Position numbers and translations under genes: made by a program. The notes beneath the pieces were generated by a model. That model saw only the letters and a list, made by a program, of their open reading frames with translations, searched no databases and was not told the origin of the DNA. Below are positions 25,786 to 32,000 of a DNA stretch of 32,000 bases, piece after piece. Where the stretch lies: assembly GCF_008000775.2 (NCBI RefSeq), contig NZ_CP042905.2:1530001-1562000 (forward strand), read 5' to 3'. Source of the stretch: Promethearchaeum syntrophicum (GTDB lineage Archaea > Asgardarchaeota > Lokiarchaeia > Sigyniarchaeales > Promethearchaeaceae). Positions within the stretch are counted from its first letter, which is position 1. Every line of letters starts with the position of its first letter.

Positions 25786-27117
25786 ATGATTGAAGAAATT
25801 AATCAAATTTTTATCTTGATCTTGATTCTCTCTTTAATCTTTGTATATTCGAAAGAAGAAATCGACGCCACTCTGTTCATTCTTTTATTTGCCATTATTG
25901 GAGCAATCTTCACAGGACTCGTTTTTAATGCAGAACCCATTGATTTTTTCGACTATATACCTCTTCAAACATTAACATTTTTAATTTTCATGGATATGTT
26001 TATAAAGATTCTAATCAAAGACAAGATATTTGAATTTTTTACTATCAAGTTGATTCATTTAACGCATGCAAATATACGCTTACTCTTTTATTTATTATGT
26101 ATTGCCAGTGCTTTAGTCTCAGGAATCATGGAGGACGTATCCGTTGCTCTCATTATCAATCCGATAATTTTTCGCACGGCGAGAATTTTGAAATTTAAAG
26201 CAAAACCATTTATCATGGGAACTACTGCATCGATTTTAATTGGGAATCTTTTAACCCCTTTTGCCACTCCTGTAAGTATCATTATATCTTCTGGGTTTAA
26301 TCTGAATATGGGGTGGTATTTCAAATATTTCGCGTTATTATTTGTAATTTTACTAACAACCAGTTTAATTCTATTTGACAGATTGTATATTAAGAAACTT
26401 CCTCCTCCGTCGGAGAAAGATGTTCAAATCTTGATGACGATTATGGATCCTGAGCTGTTGATTGTTAAAAAGGGACGCTTTTATCGTCTCATTCTATATT
26501 TAGTAATTATGCTCATTTGCATAGCGTTCAACATCCTCCCATTCCTAGTTGTGACTTTAATTACGGTATTTACATTAATAGTTGAAAAACTCAAATTCAA
26601 CAATGTTTTAAGAAAAGCAAATTGGAATCTACTTTTTCTATATAGTGGCTTATTCATATTAATTGGCTGTATGACTATTAATGGAACAATTGATATGATT
26701 CAATCTGTTTTGAGCACTCTCATCGGGGGAAATTTGATCATAGCTATTGTGATTATAGTGATTTTTGGAAGCTTACTATCGAGTTTTGTTTCTAAGAGTT
26801 TGACAGCAATAACGTTTATTGCGATTGTCTCCAATTTATTTTTAGTTACCTTCACAGATCCAGTAGATCAAGTGATTTTAATTATGGCAGTAAATATCGC
26901 TGTTCTTGTAGGGGGTAATTTCGTTCCTCAAGCATCTAGTTTTATCTTATTTACCATCGAAATGGCGAAATCAGAAAAAGTCCCCGATTTAACCTATAAT
27001 ATTTTCAAAAAACAGATGAGGAAATACTCATTACTATCCGTTTCAATTACCTTAATCTACTATTTTTGTCTTGTGCTAATACTTAAATTACCCGTTTTGC
27101 TATCCACCGGCTCTTAA
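25786..27117 (+). CDS. Ion-transporter-superfamily permease (ArsB/NhaD / CitMHS-like), about 10-12 TM segments
   Basis: 443 aa, almost entirely hydrophobic. Segments such as LLFYLLCIASALVSGIMEDVSVALIINPIIFRTARILKFKAKPFIMGTTASILIGNLLTPFATPVSIIISS resemble the ArsB/NhaD pattern: l..ta.lSa.l.N....l...Pi.....g..p.p.l.....an.Gg..TpiG.p.N. Confidence 0.55.
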   Translation: MIEEINQIFILILILSLIFVYSKEEIDATLFILLFAIIGAIFTGLVFNAEPIDFFDYIPLQTLTFLIFMDMFIKILIKDKIFEFFTIKLIHLTHANIRLLFYLLCIASALVSGIMEDVSVALIINPIIFRTARILKFKAKPFIMGTTASILIGNLLTPFATPVSIIISSGFNLNMGWYFKYFALLFVILLTTSLILFDRLYIKKLPPPSEKDVQILMTIMDPELLIVKKGRFYRLILYLVIMLICIAFNILPFLVVTLITVFTLIVEKLKFNNVLRKANWNLLFLYSGLFILIGCMTINGTIDMIQSVLSTLIGGNLIIAIVIIVIFGSLLSSFVSKSLTAITFIAIVSNLFLVTFTDPVDQVILIMAVNIAVLVGGNFVPQASSFILFTIEMAKSEKVPDLTYNIFKKQMRKYSLLSVSITLIYYFCLVLILKLPVLLSTGS

Positions 27118-27149
27118 CCTATTGAGAAAACAAAATCTAAAAATTAAAA

Positions 27150-28259
27150 TTAATGAAACGCTTTCCAATAAGGAGCTAAAATGGCTTTTAGTTGAGGGAT
27201 TAATTTATTTTCGGTATATTCTAATATTTCTGCCTTCTGTCTTATGCTGAAATCATCAGTTTCTTTGAAAATAGGATTATCATCAGCCAGCGAATTTAAA
27301 ACATTGGTAATCGAATTTCCCAGATGCTTTATATTATAACCGCCTTCTAATGTGCATTGAATTCTTCCTTTTGCAAATTCATCGGATATTCTTCCCAACT
27401 CATGGATAATATACGAATAAGTTTGATCCATGAATCCCAAATTGGTCAGGGGATCATTATGATGAGCGTCGAAACCCGCTGAACAGAGGATAAATTCGGG
27501 TTGAAATTCTCTTAGCATTGGCATGATGATTTGTTCAAAGGCTAATTCAATTGATTTTTGGCCTGAATAAGGTGCCAAAGTGATGTTGACAATTTTTCCT
27601 TGTTGTTTTCCTTTCCCAATGTCATCAACGAAACAAGTTCCTGGATAAAGGGTATTAGGGTGTTGATGAATTGAGAAAAATAGTAATTCTCCTTGCTCTA
27701 ATCCAGAATAAAAAATCTCTTCAGTTCCATTTCCTGCGTGTGCATCAAAATCAACAATAACAACTCTGTTCAATTTTTTAACTCGGGTTAAATATTCAAC
27801 GGATAATGCGATATTGTTAAAAATACAAAAACCTCGTGCATAATCTTTATTAGAATGATGCCCTGGTGGTCGACACAGTGCAAACCCTCGGTCAATTTCC
27901 CCTGAGAAAATTGCATCTATTGCTGCAAAATTTCCACCAGTCGCATAAAGGGCGGCATCAAAAGTTGCCGGACTGGCGACCGTATCCCCATCAATATAAA
28001 CATGGCTGTTTTTCTTGATTGTGGTTTCTACAGCGGCATTTACTTTATTAATTAAAGAATTTGAATGAGACCAGCGAATTTGGTCTAAGGACACTTTTCG
28101 AGGATCAATTTTTTTAAAATGTGCAATTCGATTATCACCGTACATTTGGTTTTCTTTTAATCGCTTTATTGTATTGATGACACGGTCTGCACATTCTGGA
28201 TGGTTTCCCGTATCATGTTTTGCGTAAATATCTTGATAAACAATACCGACATTTTTCAT
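27150..28259 (-). CDS. Histone deacetylase-family (class II / HdaH / acetylpolyamine amidohydrolase-like) deacetylase
   Basis: It contains HPECADR, CRPPGHHS, RGFCIFNNIA, VIVDFDAHAGNGTEEIFY, SIHQHPNTLYPGT, CSAGFDAHHNDPL and LEGGYN. This is the full set of HDAC-fold active-site blocks. The length is 369 aa. Confidence 0.9.
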   Translation of the reverse strand: MKNVGIVYQDIYAKHDTGNHPECADRVINTIKRLKENQMYGDNRIAHFKKIDPRKVSLDQIRWSHSNSLINKVNAAVETTIKKNSHVYIDGDTVASPATFDAALYATGGNFAAIDAIFSGEIDRGFALCRPPGHHSNKDYARGFCIFNNIALSVEYLTRVKKLNRVVIVDFDAHAGNGTEEIFYSGLEQGELLFFSIHQHPNTLYPGTCFVDDIGKGKQQGKIVNITLAPYSGQKSIELAFEQIIMPMLREFQPEFILCSAGFDAHHNDPLTNLGFMDQTYSYIIHELGRISDEFAKGRIQCTLEGGYNIKHLGNSITNVLNSLADDNPIFKETDDFSIRQKAEILEYTENKLIPQLKAILAPYWKAFH

Positions 28260-28315
28260 TATTCTAAGGTTAGTGTTTCATTAATTTAAAGATAAGCTTA
28301 ATTTTTACAATCGTT

Positions 28316-30886
28316 TCAGAGGAATTTATCGAGAGATTTTTTTGGGTTTTGGTTAGAATCATCTTCTTCATTTTCGTTAGTTTTTTTCTTAATGATTTTT
28401 TTTTTCGGAGTTCGTTTTATTATGGATTTGGGTTTTGCATTAGGATTTAAGATTTGTTCATGGATGCTTCTAGCTAGTTTTTCCCCAATTAATGGAACAA
28501 CTGCTAATTTTTCTAAAGGAGCTGATTTAATTAATTTAATCGTTGTATAACCACTATTATATAACTTGCGCGCCCTGATACGTCCAATTCCTTTAAGTTT
28601 TACAAGTGGAATTAAAGAATGTTTAATTCCGTGAGATACCCTTAAGTTAATATCCGAAAATTCTTTAGTCACAGAAGCATCTGCATCCAATCTTGATATC
28701 TGGGCTGCGGTTCTTAGGAACCATTGTGCGTTATTAATAATTCGTCTGAGATCTCCAGAACCTATGTTGAAATGTTCTACTATGTCTGGTTCTGGAATTT
28801 CTGAAATCCAATCTCGTAGAATCATAGTAAGTTTAATTTCCTGCGCAAAATCTGAATAGTCCTTTTGTCCATAAGTATAAATCTCTTCCATGATCAGATT
28901 ATCTGCAAAATCCTCTATAAAAGAATTAATTGGGGTGTAATCTGATTTCCTTAAGAATAATTTATGAAATCCGCTGGGTTTGGTGATCAAATGGAGCCAG
29001 CTAATGGTATTTAGCTCGAGCTCTTTATTTTGTAGTAATACTAAAGCATAAATAATGTCCTCACGAATTAACACAGCATCTTTGGGTGAAACATAACTTT
29101 GAGAAGTAATTTTTCCAAATTTAGTTGGGACAAATACATTTTTTTCATTTTTCTGTGTTATAATTAAATCTTTTTCCAGAAAAAATGTAATAATTTTCTG
29201 AATTCGGGTATTTAATTCCTTTTCTGCTTTAAAAGTATTTTCTTCCTCACTCGATTTTGGTTTTTCATGGGTTTTATGAGATTTCAAATAATCTTGGGCA
29301 GAAATAAATGAATTTTCAGAATTATCAATATTAAGGGGATCTTTTCTTTTACCAAAATTTGCAGCGATTTTTTTCTTTTTTGTTCTTCTCTTAAAGGTAT
29401 TATTCGGGAATCTAAATGAATATTCAGAATCTTCATCCAATATATATGTACCATGCTTTAATTGGTAGTAATAGAAAGTATTTTTTAGAAAATTTATAAT
29501 TAAATCCTTTGTGTTTGCATTTTTTGAAACGATTAAGCTCAGAATATGACTTTGTAATCGATCTTCATCACTAAGTTTGCTGTAAATATCTTCAGATTCC
29601 CCATTTATATACGTTATTGCATTTTCAGTTAGTTTGTCAGGGTTACTACCTAAGATTACAACTTCACCGTAGGGATCAAATTGAGGACGACCCGCCCTAC
29701 CCGCCATTTGCTTATATTCCATGATAGGGATTAAAACTGAACCTTTATCTGATGTATATCGATATAAAGTTTTGATAATAACTCGGCGTGCAGGTGTATT
29801 TACACCAGCAGCTAATGTGGGAGTGCAGCATATTACCTTAATTGCATGATTATTAAAATTTTTAACAATGAAATCTAATTGGGAACGGGATAGTCCCGCG
29901 TGATGAAATGCAACTCCTCCTCTAAGACATTTGTAGATTTTTTTTGAAACTTCTAAGCTATCTTCAGCTTCTTTCTTAAAATCTTCTTGTAATTTTTTAT
30001 ATAATGGTAAATCTTCAGGTTTTGATGCCAACTTGATCTTATTGGGTAATGACTCAGCGACGCTTACTGCACTTCTCCGAGAATTACAAAAAACCAAAAC
30101 TTGTCCTCCTTCTTTTACCATTTCGATTGTCAAATTGCTAACATCGTCCATTTTTGGTAAATAAGGGACTTTTCTTATAGATCCATCTTTGAATTCGATT
30201 TTATTTTTTAAATAAAAGCCTTCCTTAAGCTTTACCGGTCGCCAATCGCTGGTTATTAATTTGGCTTTTAGCCATTCTGCTAATTCATTAGCATTCTTTA
30301 TTGTGGCAGAAAGACCGACGATTTGGATATTTGGGTTTAAAGTCATCAAGCGGGTTAGAAGGAATTCCAATGTTATTCCTCGTGAATCATCATTTATTAA
30401 ATGAATTTCATCACAAATGACCATCTGGATATTTTCTATTAATTTTGGATTTAAACGAATAAGGGAATCTGCTTTTTCATTCGTCAATATAATTAGATCG
30501 TTGAAAAATACACGAAAATCACTTTGATCAACATCACTTGTTGAAATACCGACGCGAATTCCTAAGTCCCCCCAAGACTTTTTGAATTCCTTATGTTTCT
30601 CGTTTGCTAATGCTTTTAAAGGGCACAGATATAAAATTTTCTTTCTTTTCTTTGGTTCGTTTTTAGATTCTTCAGACGCTTTAAGAAATTTCTGAAGTGC
30701 AATAATTTCAGCAATGAGAGTTTTCCCAGATGCAGTGGGAATGCTCACAACTAAATTATTTCCCTCTAATCCCGGTTTGATTGCTTCCCATTGTGGAGGA
30801 TAGAATTGAGTAATTTTTCTCTTTTTTAAAAGATTTATTATTTTAGTATGCAAGAATTGAGAATAATTCTCTTCAATTTCATTCAT
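28316..30886 (-). CDS. hel308: Ski2-like DNA helicase Hel308 (HelQ/Hjm family)
   Basis: The SF2 motifs are I (SIPTASGKTLIAE), II (VICDEIH), III (GLSAT) and VI (YKQMAGRAGRPQFD). The C-terminal helix-hairpin-helix-like region reads LVKLKGIGRIRARKLYNSGY. At 856 aa it is longer than the roughly 700-aa archaeal enzymes I recall, because of Lys-rich insertions. Confidence 0.9.
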   Translation of the reverse strand: MNEIEENYSQFLHTKIINLLKKRKITQFYPPQWEAIKPGLEGNNLVVSIPTASGKTLIAEIIALQKFLKASEESKNEPKKRKKILYLCPLKALANEKHKEFKKSWGDLGIRVGISTSDVDQSDFRVFFNDLIILTNEKADSLIRLNPKLIENIQMVICDEIHLINDDSRGITLEFLLTRLMTLNPNIQIVGLSATIKNANELAEWLKAKLITSDWRPVKLKEGFYLKNKIEFKDGSIRKVPYLPKMDDVSNLTIEMVKEGGQVLVFCNSRRSAVSVAESLPNKIKLASKPEDLPLYKKLQEDFKKEAEDSLEVSKKIYKCLRGGVAFHHAGLSRSQLDFIVKNFNNHAIKVICCTPTLAAGVNTPARRVIIKTLYRYTSDKGSVLIPIMEYKQMAGRAGRPQFDPYGEVVILGSNPDKLTENAITYINGESEDIYSKLSDEDRLQSHILSLIVSKNANTKDLIINFLKNTFYYYQLKHGTYILDEDSEYSFRFPNNTFKRRTKKKKIAANFGKRKDPLNIDNSENSFISAQDYLKSHKTHEKPKSSEEENTFKAEKELNTRIQKIITFFLEKDLIITQKNEKNVFVPTKFGKITSQSYVSPKDAVLIREDIIYALVLLQNKELELNTISWLHLITKPSGFHKLFLRKSDYTPINSFIEDFADNLIMEEIYTYGQKDYSDFAQEIKLTMILRDWISEIPEPDIVEHFNIGSGDLRRIINNAQWFLRTAAQISRLDADASVTKEFSDINLRVSHGIKHSLIPLVKLKGIGRIRARKLYNSGYTTIKLIKSAPLEKLAVVPLIGEKLARSIHEQILNPNAKPKSIIKRTPKKKIIKKKTNENEEDDSNQNPKKSLDKFL

Positions 30887-30907
30887 CCTAGATTATACTC
30901 CCAGATC

Positions 30908-32000
30908 TTATTTGGGTTTTTTCGTTAATCTATATTCTCCAGGTTTCGGACAATAAAGTGTTCCTTCATTAGCCCACTCATTTAAGGCTTGTTGAACAAA
31001 TTCTTTAGTAATTCCTTGAAGGGTTGCAATTGGTTCATATATATCATCGAATACTAAAGGAGTGGTAGGATCTGCTAGAGTTAATTCTTTAATTTTTGAT
31101 AATATTTTATTGAATCGATCTTGTTTTGAATGAGTTCGCCCCGTCATCATTATATCGATATCATAAGTTTTTGTTTCTTCATCATAACCAATATCCTTCA
31201 TATAACGTTTTACTAATTCAATAACAGCATCTACATCTTCTTCAGTTACAACATCGCGTAAAGCCATTTTTGCATAGGCTTCACACATTCTAACAATCCC
31301 ATCAAGAGTTCGAGCAACAATACTTACCGCAGTTGAACCTTCTGGATTTGAATTACGCATTTCTACATAAAAATTACGGATCTTTTCTGCGGTTTTCTTT
31401 GTTAATTTTGGGAATGAATTATTTTTACAATAGCGGATATATTTCTTTAATAATTCCATTGGGATAAAATCCAAAGTAGCTTTCGGGGGTTTTCCTGATT
31501 CATCTTCCTCTAATGAAAAAGTATCATCATACCCTTGCATATGACTGGTCAATATATATTCTGCGATTATATCGTCCTCATGTTTATCTGGTTTATCTCG
31601 AATAACGAATATGAGATCAAACCGAGATAAAATTGGTGGACTCAGATTGATATTTTCGACTGCTGTCTCATATTCGTTCCAACGACCATGTTTAGGATTT
31701 GCAGCTGCTATGATTGCTGTTTTGGCTTGAAGTGTAGCTACAATGCCCCCCTTTGCTATGGAAATCGATTGTTGCTCCATTGCCTCGTGGATCGCTACTC
31801 TATCTGTTTTCCTCATCTTATCAAATTCATCAATACAGGCAATTCCTCCAGATGCTAAAACCAATGCTCCTGCTTCTAGCTGCATACCAGAATTATCATT
31901 TTCTCGTAAAACTGCTGCTGTTAATCCCGCTGCTGAGGAACCTTTTCCTGATGTATACACTGATCTCTTAGAAATCATAGAACAACTTTGAAGAATTTGC
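30908..32000 (-). CDS. mcm: Replicative helicase MCM, C-terminal AAA+ and winged-helix portion; the N-terminal part lies beyond the window end
   Basis: It contains SVYTSGKGSSAAGLTAAV, the Walker B motif GIACIDEFDKM, HEAMEQQSISIAKGGI, AAANP and the arginine finger SRFDLIF. The frame stays open upstream of the track's M at 31978 (..QILQSCS-MISKR), so the gene is truncated by the window. Confidence 0.9.
   Translation of the reverse strand, partial: QILQSCSMISKRSVYTSGKGSSAAGLTAAVLRENDNSGMQLEAGALVLASGGIACIDEFDKMRKTDRVAIHEAMEQQSISIAKGGIVATLQAKTAIIAAANPKHGRWNEYETAVENINLSPPILSRFDLIFVIRDKPDKHEDDIIAEYILTSHMQGYDDTFSLEEDESGKPPKATLDFIPMELLKKYIRYCKNNSFPKLTKKTAEKIRNFYVEMRNSNPEGSTAVSIVARTLDGIVRMCEAYAKMALRDVVTEEDVDAVIELVKRYMKDIGYDEETKTYDIDIMMTGRTHSKQDRFNKILSKIKELTLADPTTPLVFDDIYEPIATLQGITKEFVQQALNEWANEGTLYCPKPGEYRLTKKPK

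Overview
This is an AT-rich archaeal chromosomal segment (roughly one-third G+C by eye, not computed), densely coded on both strands. I support 28 protein-coding genes plus 3 micro-ORFs. Two of the genes run off the window edges: an HDAC-family gene at 1..997 and MCM at 30908..32000. Housekeeping and archaeal markers are MCM, a Hel308/Ski2-like helicase, archaeal-type D-aminoacyl-tRNA deacylase (DTD2), a PDCD5-like DNA-binding protein, two HDAC-family deacetylases, a gamma-carbonic-anhydrase-like protein, a Zn-ADH, an SDR epimerase, a cupin and a hybrid histidine kinase. Several genes have a eukaryote-like flavour: a Rab-like small GTPase, an LRR protein, a possible roadblock/longin-like protein, and a 988-aa coiled-coil protein with seven MIT/TPR-like modules. 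Together these suggest an Asgard (Loki/Promethearchaeia-like) genome; that is inference from gene content only. I saw no rRNA, tRNA, CRISPR array, transposase or integrase. The most interesting signal is the nominally empty 641-bp gap at 25145..25785. It holds an exactly 134-bp-periodic triplicated cassette, each copy encoding a conserved 29-aa peptide below the ORF-track cutoff. Upstream of it is a perfect 22-bp inverted-repeat pair built from nested TTCGAA/GAATTAATTC palindromes. The whole gap sits between a divergent winged-helix regulator and an ArsB/NhaD-type permease. Secondary items are a vapBC module with a palindrome over its start, a C25-type peptidase with a PGF-CTERM-like tail, Lys-rich insertions in Hel308, a tail-only open frame overlapping the 5' end of a 656-aa orphan gene, and two small GC-richer islands in long intergenic gaps. 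The ORF track uses TTG and GTG as starts, so several 5' ends are uncertain.
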